In this document: positions 18,512 through 27,076 of the stretch, one piece after another
Layout: each line of letters opens with the position of its first letter
Position numbering within the stretch: the first letter of the stretch is position 1
From: Candidatus Bathyarchaeota archaeon
GTDB taxonomy: Archaea > Thermoproteota > Bathyarchaeia > Bathyarchaeales > Bathycorpusculaceae
Length of the DNA stretch: 63,666 nucleotides
Assembly (NCBI GenBank): GCA_016927895.1
Contig: JAFGLT010000072.1
Span: 1-63,666, forward strand
Reading direction: 5' to 3'
Notes under the pieces: generated by a model
Seen by the model: the letters and a program-made list of their open reading frames with translations, nothing else
Databases searched by the model: none
What the model was told of the DNA's origin: nothing
Translations under genes and position numbers: made by a program

Positions 18512-19888
18512 GTGAGTGTTCCTGACATCGACAAGCTACTGGGCATAGAAGTTTACGCCACTGAAACCGCAGGGGTAGGCGGGGTTATCAGGGAGTCTGT
18601 GGACGATTTCAGGGTTGAAGAAATTCTTGTTGACGGCTCTAAAGCTGAAATTGAAAAAGCCCCCGAAAAGCGTGTTTTAGGAGCGTCACCGTCCCGGCAG
18701 AGGTATTTGCTGTGTGTTTTGGTTAAGCGTAACTGGGACACTTTCATAGCCCTCAAGAATATCGGGAAGCAGTTGACTCTAAGTCAAGGGCAAATTCAAA
18801 TTGCAGGCATAAAGGACGCTAAGGCTGTCACAGCACAGCATATCACAGTTGAAAACTGCGCCGTGGAAGACGCCGCAAAAGTTAACGTTAAAGACATAAA
18901 CCTTCGCCCTGTCGGATACGTCCATGAAAAGCTATCACCATATTATCTTCTAGGCAACCACTTCGCCATAAAAATCAAAGCAGCTAAACATGCTGCATCA
19001 ACAGTTGAAAAGCGAATAGCTGAGGTCGCGGAAGCAGTTGACTCGGCAGGCGGAGTTCCAAACTTTTTTGGGCACCAACGTTTCGGAACAACTCGTCCCA
19101 TAACGCATCTTGTGGGAAAAGCCATCATTGAAAGAGACTTTGAAGAAGCTGCAATGCTTTTTTTGTCTAAGTCAAGCGTCCATGAGCATCCTTCGTCCAG
19201 AAGCGCTCGGATAGAACTGCAGTCAACGCGGGATTTCAAGCAAGCTCTGCATAACTTTCCCAGACAACTTCGCTTCGAGAGGCTGATGCTCAGATACTTG
19301 GTTGAGAAACCCGACGATTTTGTTGGTGCCTTTATGCGGTTGCCTGTTAAGCTTCAGGGGCTTTTTGTCCAAGCGTATCAGTCGTATTTGTTTAATCGGT
19401 TCTTAAGTGAAAGAATCAAAAGCGGCTTTTCTCTGAACAAGGTTGAAGCGGGAGATTATGTAGTGAATGTGGAGCGTTCAGGCTTGCCCATGGTTAACGT
19501 GGCTAAAGTGGTAGGCGAAGAAGCTGTTGCGGAAGTTAATGAACGGGTAGAGGCTGGAAAAATGCGGGTTGCGTTGCCGCTCATCGGGATAAAGCAAAAG
19601 CCGTCCCAAGGTACTATGGGCAGAATAGAAGGGGACATCCTTGAGGAAGAAGGTATACAAACGGGAGACTTTAGGGTTAACGAAGTATCTAGGATAAGTG
19701 GAAGAGGCGGGTTACGCGCGGTTCTCACGCCCGTTCAAGGTTTTAAGTTGCACAGCGTCTCAGCGTCTTCGTCAGACCAAAACGAGAGCCAAGCCGAATT
19801 GAGTTTCATGTTGCTGCGCGGTTCTTACGCCACGGTGCTTCTCAGGGAAATGATTAAACCAGAAAACCCGATAACTGCTGGGTTTTAG
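18512..19888 (+). CDS. truD: tRNA pseudouridine synthase TruD/Pus7 family
   Basis: GIKDAKAVTAQ (catalytic Asp context) and NFFGHQRFG are present. Confidence 0.85.
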   Translation: MSVPDIDKLLGIEVYATETAGVGGVIRESVDDFRVEEILVDGSKAEIEKAPEKRVLGASPSRQRYLLCVLVKRNWDTFIALKNIGKQLTLSQGQIQIAGIKDAKAVTAQHITVENCAVEDAAKVNVKDINLRPVGYVHEKLSPYYLLGNHFAIKIKAAKHAASTVEKRIAEVAEAVDSAGGVPNFFGHQRFGTTRPITHLVGKAIIERDFEEAAMLFLSKSSVHEHPSSRSARIELQSTRDFKQALHNFPRQLRFERLMLRYLVEKPDDFVGAFMRLPVKLQGLFVQAYQSYLFNRFLSERIKSGFSLNKVEAGDYVVNVERSGLPMVNVAKVVGEEAVAEVNERVEAGKMRVALPLIGIKQKPSQGTMGRIEGDILEEEGIQTGDFRVNEVSRISGRGGLRAVLTPVQGFKLHSVSASSSDQNESQAELSFMLLRGSYATVLLREMIKPENPITAGF

Positions 19889-19956
19889 CCTCACCTGGGG
19901 CGTGGCGGTAACGCTGATAAGCAAGAAGACAAGAGTATACCTGCAGAAGGCCTTTT

Positions 19957-20541
19957 GTGATGGAAACCGAGCAAAAAGCTACAATATCGGTTCACAAGCC
20001 AGACATTAAGGAAAAACTCTTCTTTCTAGGTTCAGGATTGCTGATGAGCGTGCCCTTCACCCTGTTTTTCTCCGACCTCTCGAAAACATTATGTGTAGCT
20101 TTACCATTGCTTTTTGCACAAGTCTGCGCCATAGTCATTTTCACACCATTCATAGAGGAGATCGCCAAAGTCTTTCCACTATTTTACCGTCATGGAGAAA
20201 CTGAAAGGTCCCTTGTGGAATTGGGCATTCTAGTCGGATTAGGCTTTGGCTTGACCGAGTTCGCCCTCTACGTTTTCACCTTAGACCAGCCTTTCCTCGG
20301 CAGAATCCCCGGAATAATCTTTCATGCCTCCAGCGCGTGCATAACTGCTTATGGTATAGCCAAGAAAAAACCTTTAAAACTCTACTTGATTGCCGTTGTG
20401 ACTCATCTGGTGAATAACTTGCTTGCCTTGTTCTCATCCGAGGTCTCGTTTCTTTACATACCTGGACTAGTTGTTTTGGTCGCAACATATCTGCTGGCGT
20501 GGCGTCTTTACCGGCAAACCTCAGAAACAATAGTGCTGTAG
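19957..20541 (+). CDS. PrsW/CPBP-like intramembrane metalloprotease
   Basis: Polytopic membrane protein with EEIAK, FHASSA and HLVNN motifs. Confidence 0.6.
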   Translation: MMETEQKATISVHKPDIKEKLFFLGSGLLMSVPFTLFFSDLSKTLCVALPLLFAQVCAIVIFTPFIEEIAKVFPLFYRHGETERSLVELGILVGLGFGLTEFALYVFTLDQPFLGRIPGIIFHASSACITAYGIAKKKPLKLYLIAVVTHLVNNLLALFSSEVSFLYIPGLVVLVATYLLAWRLYRQTSETIVL

Positions 20542-20603
20542 CTCCATTTGATAAGCCACATGACCCAAACAGCCTACCCAGCGGCGAATACTCTGGGTTC
20601 CCG

Positions 20604-21128
20604 TTAGATTTTATCTGATTTCGCTAAATCCCGAAGCCTGTTAACGCCGTCTATTTCGTTTATGAAGTCAGCCACGCTTTTAGGAACAAGCTTCGTCCAG
20701 CTTTCTCCTCTGAGCATTTTTTCTCGGACAAGAGTTGACGTGTACACTTTTCTTTGGAAGAACGGTATGTTCTTAACTTCGTATCCTGCTTCCATGAAAA
20801 GCCTTCGCGTCAATGGCTCATTTGAGTAGACAATGTTGAAGCGCGGCGTGTAACCTTCCAGAGCAGAAACCCATAGCATATGCAGATGCACGTCGGGAAC
20901 TGGAACAACCCAAAGTCGCGAGTAGTCTACGCCTGCCTCCTGCAAAGCGCGGTGAATCATAACTAGTCTTTCGCCTGCCGTAAAAGGGTTATTGATGTTG
21001 TGGCTGTACTGGGCGCTACCGATGACAATTACGAGTTCGTCAACTTCCTTCAAAACATCCTTTATGGCTTCAAGGTGACCCGAGTGAAACGGCTGAAATC
21101 TTCCAACGTAAAGCCCGCGTTTAGCCAT
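20604..21128 (-). CDS. Nicotinamide-nucleotide adenylyltransferase (archaeal NMNAT)
   Basis: GLYVGRFQPFHSGHL carries the (H/T)xGH nucleotidyltransferase motif. Confidence 0.9.
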   Translation of the reverse strand: MAKRGLYVGRFQPFHSGHLEAIKDVLKEVDELVIVIGSAQYSHNINNPFTAGERLVMIHRALQEAGVDYSRLWVVPVPDVHLHMLWVSALEGYTPRFNIVYSNEPLTRRLFMEAGYEVKNIPFFQRKVYTSTLVREKMLRGESWTKLVPKSVADFINEIDGVNRLRDLAKSDKI

Positions 21129-21403
21129 GAACTGCTCCCTGCCTTTGAGGTTGAACGCATCCTACTTTTATTATTTGCGATTTCAGAATCAAACGAGCCC
21201 ACCTGCGCAGCCATCCTATAACGTAAACAGGAAAAAATGGAGAATAGCAAGTAGCTATTGAACGCCGTTTTCTCCACTGAAAATCAGGGCTTAATTAAGG
21301 ATGAGGTAGCCGGACAGGGCAAGTTAACCCAAGCAACAACTCAAGCTAAGCCGAAAGATAAAATAAGAGCTAAACAAGAGTTATAGCCCTTGAGGCTAAA
21401 AGC

Positions 21404-22654
21404 GTGTCGTCAATAATTGAGGACCTGATTGCCAGAAAAATATTCAACAACAGAGGAGAAGAAACCATAGAGGTTGATGTTATAACCACTTCTGGCTTCG
21501 GAAGAGTATCTGCACCAGCTGGAAAAAGCCGAGGCAAAGCCGAAGTAGCTTATTACCCGCAAGGTGGAGTAGATCAAGCTCTTAAGGCAATTGACGATTT
21601 GATAGCTCCTGAGCTGGCGGGTTTGAACGCTGATTTTCAAGAAGAAGTTGACAACACGCTCCACGAGATTGACGGCACCACAAACTTCAAAGTTATAGGT
21701 GGAAACACGGCCTTTGCTGTTTCCTTAGCTAACGCGGAGGCAGCGGCAAACTCTCACAGTCTTCTGCTGTTCCAGTTTATAGGTGGAAACAACGCTAACA
21801 CGCTTCCATATCCACTTGGGAACACTATAAGCGGAGGGCAACATATCAGCGGCAAGGGTCCGGATATCCAAGAGTTCTTGGTGCTTCCCCACGGGGCAGA
21901 AACGTTCTTAGAAGCCGCCACGGCGAACGCTCAAATTCACAAGAGAATAGGTGAACTTCTGAAGAAGAAGGATAAAATGTTCAGCGGCGGGAAAGGCTCT
22001 GAAGGCGCGTGGATTGCACACGTTGGAAACTTGGATGCCTTCGAGATTATTGCTAAAGCCTGCGAGGAAGTGGCCAACGAGCTCGATTTTGAGTGCGGTT
22101 TCGGAATTGATGTTGCTGCATCCTCGTTTTGGAATGCAAAAGAGGAGAAATATGTTTACCAGAGCGACAACAAAAAGATGGATACTGGTGAACACTTAGA
22201 CTTCCTTTTAGACCTGATTGAAAAGTACCATCTTGTTTATGTTGAAGACGCTTTCGACGAGGAAGATTTTGAAAGCTTCAGTGAACTCACTCAAAAATCT
22301 AAAAACTGCTTAATCAGCGGCGACGACCTTTTCACAACCAACAATGAACGATTAAACTATGGAATAAAGCTTAATGCAGCGAACGCGATTATAATCAAGG
22401 TCAACCAAATCGGCACGCTCACAGACGCTTCGGAAACAATAGAAAATGCGCAGAGCCACGGATACACAACGGTTATGTCACACCGTTCAGGCGACACATG
22501 CGATTGGCACATAGCGCAATTGGCAGTAGCGTTTAAGTGTCCAATAATAAAGACAGGGGTTGTTGAGGGAGCGCGAATCGCAAAAATAAACGAGTTAGTG
22601 AGAATCGAGCATTTCTTAGGAAACAGAGCCAAAATGGCTGATTTAAAAATCTAA
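21404..22654 (+). CDS. eno: Enolase
   Basis: IFNNRGEETIEVDV, SHRSGDT and the length fit the family. GTG start. Confidence 0.9.
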   Translation: MSSIIEDLIARKIFNNRGEETIEVDVITTSGFGRVSAPAGKSRGKAEVAYYPQGGVDQALKAIDDLIAPELAGLNADFQEEVDNTLHEIDGTTNFKVIGGNTAFAVSLANAEAAANSHSLLLFQFIGGNNANTLPYPLGNTISGGQHISGKGPDIQEFLVLPHGAETFLEAATANAQIHKRIGELLKKKDKMFSGGKGSEGAWIAHVGNLDAFEIIAKACEEVANELDFECGFGIDVAASSFWNAKEEKYVYQSDNKKMDTGEHLDFLLDLIEKYHLVYVEDAFDEEDFESFSELTQKSKNCLISGDDLFTTNNERLNYGIKLNAANAIIIKVNQIGTLTDASETIENAQSHGYTTVMSHRSGDTCDWHIAQLAVAFKCPIIKTGVVEGARIAKINELVRIEHFLGNRAKMADLKI

Positions 22655-22667
22655 GGAGAGAAACAAA

Positions 22668-23420
22668 ATGGCAGAAGATGAATTTAAAGAAAATGAAATT
22701 GAAAGTGATGTTGAAGAAAATGATGATGTTGAAATAGGTCCAGAAACGACTCCGGAGGCAATCCCAGAAGCGAGTCCTGAACCGACTTCAGAAACATCGC
22801 CTACGGATAACTTGTTGTTACCGCGAGACACTATGCTGTCTGCAGGTATACACATTGGAACAAGAATGAAAACTCTGGACATGGAGCCGTTCATTTACCG
22901 TGTCAGACCAGACGGATTGTTTGTTCTTGATGTGCAAAAAACTGACGAGCGCATAAGAGTTGCCGCTAAATTCTTAGCGCGTTTTGAACACGCAAAAGTA
23001 GCGGTGGCGGCAAGCAGGCTTTACGCTCACGAGCCAGTTAAACAGTTTTGCAAGTTAACAGGCGCTAAGCCAGTAATAGGCCGTTTCATACCAGGTCTCT
23101 TGTCGAACCCCTTGTATCCAAACCGCATCGACCCAGAAATTATAGTTGTTTCTGACCCAAGAGCAGACGCTCAAGCTGTCAAAGAAGCCTCAAAAGTTGG
23201 CATACCAATAGTTGCCTTGTGCAGCACTGACAATGAATTCGCTGGAGTAGACTTGGTTATACCAACAAACAATAAGGGCAGAAGAGCCTTAGCAGTTGTT
23301 TTTTGGCTACTCGCAAGACAAATCCTGAGAGAAAGAGGCGAACTATCACTTGACAAAGACCCAGCAGTGCCAGTCGAAGATTTCGAAGCCAAACTCTCAA
23401 GGGACGAGGAGGACACGTAA
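22668..23420 (+). CDS. rps2: 30S ribosomal protein uS2 with acidic N-terminal extension
   Basis: The core is LLSAGIHIGTRMKT...PDGLFVLDVQKTDERI, preceded by about 45 aa rich in E/D/P/T. Confidence 0.9.
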   Translation: MAEDEFKENEIESDVEENDDVEIGPETTPEAIPEASPEPTSETSPTDNLLLPRDTMLSAGIHIGTRMKTLDMEPFIYRVRPDGLFVLDVQKTDERIRVAAKFLARFEHAKVAVAASRLYAHEPVKQFCKLTGAKPVIGRFIPGLLSNPLYPNRIDPEIIVVSDPRADAQAVKEASKVGIPIVALCSTDNEFAGVDLVIPTNNKGRRALAVVFWLLARQILRERGELSLDKDPAVPVEDFEAKLSRDEEDT

Positions 23421-23425
23421 CCTAG

Positions 23426-24274
23426 ATGAAGGTTCGGCGTCCAACCCAAGCTGGTGCCTTCTATGAGGGCGACGCCGAAGCATTAAAAACACAAATTGAA
23501 AACTGTTTTCTCCACGAACTTGGCCCAAAGAAACTTCCGCAAGTTAGCAAGAACGGTCCTAGACGAGTAGTTGGTTTAGTTTGCCCCCATGCAGGGTACG
23601 TGTATTCAGGCGCCGTAGCAGCCAACGCTTACTATGAACTGGCTCAGGACGGCAAACCAGACATCGCAGTGATTTTGGGACCAAACCACACTGGCTACGG
23701 CAGTGCTTTAGCTTTAATGAATGAGGGTGTTTGGCGTACACCGTTGGGCGACGTGGAAGTTGACGTGGAAACAGCAAACCAGATAGTGCAGGAAACACGC
23801 TTTGTTGACGTGGACGATGCTGCGCACCGTTTTGAACATTCCATTGAGGTTCAACTGCCTTTTCTCCAGTACCTTTACGGTTCTGAATTCAAGTTTGTCC
23901 CCATATGCTCCCTAATGCAGGATTTATCATCTGCCTTCGAAGTCGGACAAGCGCTTACTAAAGTTTTAGCCAACAAAAACGCGGTGGTTATAGCCTCATC
24001 CGACATGACCCATTACGAACCACAAGTAACAGCCGCTGCAAAAGACAAGGCGGCGCTCAAGGCTGTGGAAGCAATGGATGAAAAGCGATTCTACTCAATC
24101 ATCGAAACACAAAACATAACCGCCTGCGGCTACGGACCCATAGCCACCGTAATAAATGCCGCAAAAGGACTAGGCGCAAAAGAAGCAAAACTCCTCTGTT
24201 ACAAAAGCAGCGGAGACATAACAGGAGACTACTCAAGCGTAGTTGGATACGCCGCTGTAAGCTTCAAAAAATAA
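23426..24274 (+). CDS. MEMO1-family protein (AmmeMemoRadiSam system protein B-like)
   Basis: RRPTQAGAFYEGD...VCPHAGYVYSG...EHSIEVQLPFLQ. Confidence 0.85.
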   Translation: MKVRRPTQAGAFYEGDAEALKTQIENCFLHELGPKKLPQVSKNGPRRVVGLVCPHAGYVYSGAVAANAYYELAQDGKPDIAVILGPNHTGYGSALALMNEGVWRTPLGDVEVDVETANQIVQETRFVDVDDAAHRFEHSIEVQLPFLQYLYGSEFKFVPICSLMQDLSSAFEVGQALTKVLANKNAVVIASSDMTHYEPQVTAAAKDKAALKAVEAMDEKRFYSIIETQNITACGYGPIATVINAAKGLGAKEAKLLCYKSSGDITGDYSSVVGYAAVSFKK

Positions 24275-24306
24275 TCACATTTCCTACGCGCAGCTATGAC
24301 CTACTC

Positions 24307-24363
24307 CCCCTCCTCGTTTTCTGCATACAACTTATATTAGGATCCTAATAGGATCCAAATATG
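24307..24363 (-). repeat. Dispersed intergenic element, copy B
   Basis: The reverse complement reads CATATTTGGATCCTATTAGGATCCTAATATAAGTTGTATGCAGAAAACGAGGAGGGG. It is inverted relative to copy A. Confidence 0.85.
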
Positions 24364-24512
24364 CTGGTTGTTTCTTGCGCTATTTGGAGTTTTTTCTGTG
24401 TTTCATGTAGTTTGTTTTCAAGTGTGCTGGGTGATGGTGTCCTGTTTTTGGTTTTTTTGTAGCTTTGTTCTGGGGTTCTGCGAAAGGGTGATAAACGGCT
24501 GTTGGTAACATT

Positions 24513-25226
24513 GTGTGCGATGTAAAATTGGTTTCACCGACGAGAAGGTTTGATTTCGGGCGGGAATTGCTAAAGATAGTGGCAATTGTAACTATGGTGG
24601 TGGACCATGTTGGAAACATTCTTTATCCTGAACTGCTTTTTCTCCAGATAATTGGCAGGTTTGCTTTTCCCATATTTGCTTACCTTATAATTTTGGGTGT
24701 GGAAAGCACGAAGAAACCGTTGAAGTATATGGTGACGCTTTTTGTTTTTGCGGTTGTTTCTCAGGTTCCTTATTTTCTGGCTTTCGGGATAGAGCCTTTT
24801 GAAAGGCTGAACATTCTTTTTTCGCTGTTGCTGAGCGCTGTAACCATATACTTTTACGAAAAGAGAAGCCCCATGGCTTTCATCCCCCTGTTGGTTTCAA
24901 TGATTTTGCCGACTGAAGGAAGCTATTATGTGGTGTTAACCGCGGTAGGCATGAAGCTTCTGAAGGATACTCCGAAACTCGGGGCTCTTCTCCTTTTCGC
25001 CCTTAACGTACAATTCGTGTTCATCTCCTCAGACATTCACACCCAAATCCAAATACTGGCGCTATTTGCGGTACCGCTAATTTTTCTTCACATAAAAAAC
25101 AAGCTAAAAAAAGAAATTCTTATCCCCGAAAACTCTCTCGCTTACTTATTGAAAAAATACTTTTTCTACGTTTTTTATCCGTTGCATCTGGCGATACTGT
25201 TTTTCATAAACATGCCTCTCCTATAA
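24513..25226 (+). CDS. TraX-family polytopic membrane protein
   Basis: LLKIVAIVTMVVDHVG...FAFPIFAYLI resembles the TraX family N-terminus. GTG start. Confidence 0.55.
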   Translation: MCDVKLVSPTRRFDFGRELLKIVAIVTMVVDHVGNILYPELLFLQIIGRFAFPIFAYLIILGVESTKKPLKYMVTLFVFAVVSQVPYFLAFGIEPFERLNILFSLLLSAVTIYFYEKRSPMAFIPLLVSMILPTEGSYYVVLTAVGMKLLKDTPKLGALLLFALNVQFVFISSDIHTQIQILALFAVPLIFLHIKNKLKKEILIPENSLAYLLKKYFFYVFYPLHLAILFFINMPLL

Positions 25227-25373
25227 ACCGCAGTGTCTACCAATCAGCTTCTCTTAGACCTTTTCTCCGGTTTTTTCTTGACAAACCAATCGGAAGGTTG
25301 CATGTTATATGCTGTACTGGGGTTCAAAAAATGTTATTAATTCTTCTTGTAGTCTCTAAGTCGGGTTTAACTA

Positions 25374-27017
25374 ATGTCTGCAAAGAGTAAGCCGTGGTCC
25401 AAGTTTTGGCCTGCCGAAGTGCCTGAACGCCTAAATTACCCCGAAGTTCCGCTTCACGAACTTCTCCGAAAGAGCGCAAAAGAGCATCCTGAAGCCTCGG
25501 CTATAGCCTATTTTGAACGGGAAATCACCTATGCCGAGTTAGATTTGCTTTCCGACCAGTTCGCCGCGGCGCTTGCTGCTTTGGGCTTTAAGAAGGGCGG
25601 CAAAGTCGCGGTTTTCCTACCCAACGTTCCCCAGTTCATAATCTCCTATTTCGGCATCCTCAAGGCAGGTGCAGTTTTAACCGCCATAAGCCCCATGCAT
25701 AAGGAACGCGAAGTCGCCTATCAACTTAACGACTCGCAAGCCGAAACCATAGTCACCTTAGACACGCTTTACCCAATCGTGGAGAAAGTTAGGCGGAAAA
25801 CCAAGCTTGAAAACGTCGTAGTCACCAACATGCAAGATTACACCTCCAAAAAACCCGCCGTCAGCAAACCCCCACCGGCTCCAAACGTTCACTACTTCCA
25901 AGAGTTGATGAAACCAGCGAAGCCTCCCCGCGTTGACGTCACCCCTCGAGAGGATTTGGCTGCTTTGCAGTACACGGGTGGCACCACGGGCACCGCTAAA
26001 GGCGCCATGCTGACCCACTTGAACTTGGTTTCAAACGCGGTTGCTTTTGCGGCTTGGATAAAAAGCACCTCGGCGGACAAGTTTCTGACTGCTTTGCCGT
26101 TGTTCCACATTTATGGCATGACCACCAGCATGACCGCGCCTATCAGCGTAGCCGCCAAGATGGTGTTGCTTCCCCGCTTCGACCCCGCGGCAGCCTTAGA
26201 AACTATCCAGCGGCACAGGGTCACGGTTTTCTGCGGTGTCCCCACCATGTACTCGGTGCTTCTCGCTAACCCTGCGCTGAGCAAGTTCGACCTGACAAGC
26301 ATCCGCGTGTGCATTTCGGGTGCTTCGCCGCTTCCGCCAGAGGTCCAGAAGAAGTTCATGGAAATTACAGGTGGTTTCCTAGCGGAAGGCTACGGCTTAA
26401 CTGAAGCGTCGCCAGTTACGCACTGTAACCCCGTGGACAAGACTATGCGCGCTGTGCGGGTGGGTTCCATTGGTTTGCCGCTGCCTGATACCGACGCCCG
26501 CATAGTCGATGTGGAAACAGGCACAAAAACGCTTGCGCCAGACGAAACAGGAGAGCTCGCTGTTAAAGGTCCGCAAGTGATGCTTGGATACTGGATGAAC
26601 CCGGAAGAAACCCGACTTGTTCTCCGAGATGGGTGGCTCTTAACAGGTGACATCGCGCGAATGGATCTGGACGGTTTCTTCTACATTACTGACCGCAAGA
26701 AAGACCTCATCAAGTACAAGGATTACAGCGTGTACCCCCGCGAGGTTGAAGACGTGCTTTTCGAGCATCCAGCCGTTAAGCTCTGCGCTGTGGTCGGCAA
26801 GCCCAGCCCTGTGGTCGGCGAAGTTCCGAAAGCCTTCATAGTGCTCAAAGACGGCGACCGCGCTACCAAAGCGGAAATCATGGCGTTCGTCAAAGAGAAA
26901 GTTGCCCCTTACAAGGCGGTGCGCGAAGTAGAGTTCAGACAGCAGTTGCCCATAAGCGCCGCAGGCAAAGTGCTAAGGCGAACGTTGCAGGAAGAAGAGA
27001 AAAGAAAAAACCTGTAA
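25374..27017 (+). CDS. AMP-dependent acyl-CoA synthetase/ligase (long-chain fatty acid-CoA ligase-like)
   Basis: AMP-binding motifs LQYTGGTTGTAKGAMLTH, GYGLTE and TGD. Confidence 0.9.
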   Translation: MSAKSKPWSKFWPAEVPERLNYPEVPLHELLRKSAKEHPEASAIAYFEREITYAELDLLSDQFAAALAALGFKKGGKVAVFLPNVPQFIISYFGILKAGAVLTAISPMHKEREVAYQLNDSQAETIVTLDTLYPIVEKVRRKTKLENVVVTNMQDYTSKKPAVSKPPPAPNVHYFQELMKPAKPPRVDVTPREDLAALQYTGGTTGTAKGAMLTHLNLVSNAVAFAAWIKSTSADKFLTALPLFHIYGMTTSMTAPISVAAKMVLLPRFDPAAALETIQRHRVTVFCGVPTMYSVLLANPALSKFDLTSIRVCISGASPLPPEVQKKFMEITGGFLAEGYGLTEASPVTHCNPVDKTMRAVRVGSIGLPLPDTDARIVDVETGTKTLAPDETGELAVKGPQVMLGYWMNPEETRLVLRDGWLLTGDIARMDLDGFFYITDRKKDLIKYKDYSVYPREVEDVLFEHPAVKLCAVVGKPSPVVGEVPKAFIVLKDGDRATKAEIMAFVKEKVAPYKAVREVEFRQQLPISAAGKVLRRTLQEEEKRKNL

Positions 27018-27076
27018 ACTCGGTCGAAACGTATAAGAGAATTCCGCGTTCTCTGTTTTAGAGATGGCGCTTATCC

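Noticed and set aside
14193-24363. Copies A and B as terminal inverted repeats of a ~10-kb mobile element
   Set aside because: The interior consists of housekeeping genes (cdc48, pth2, truD, eno, rps2 and others) with no transposase or integrase. I saw no target-site duplication, and copies C and D are solitary.
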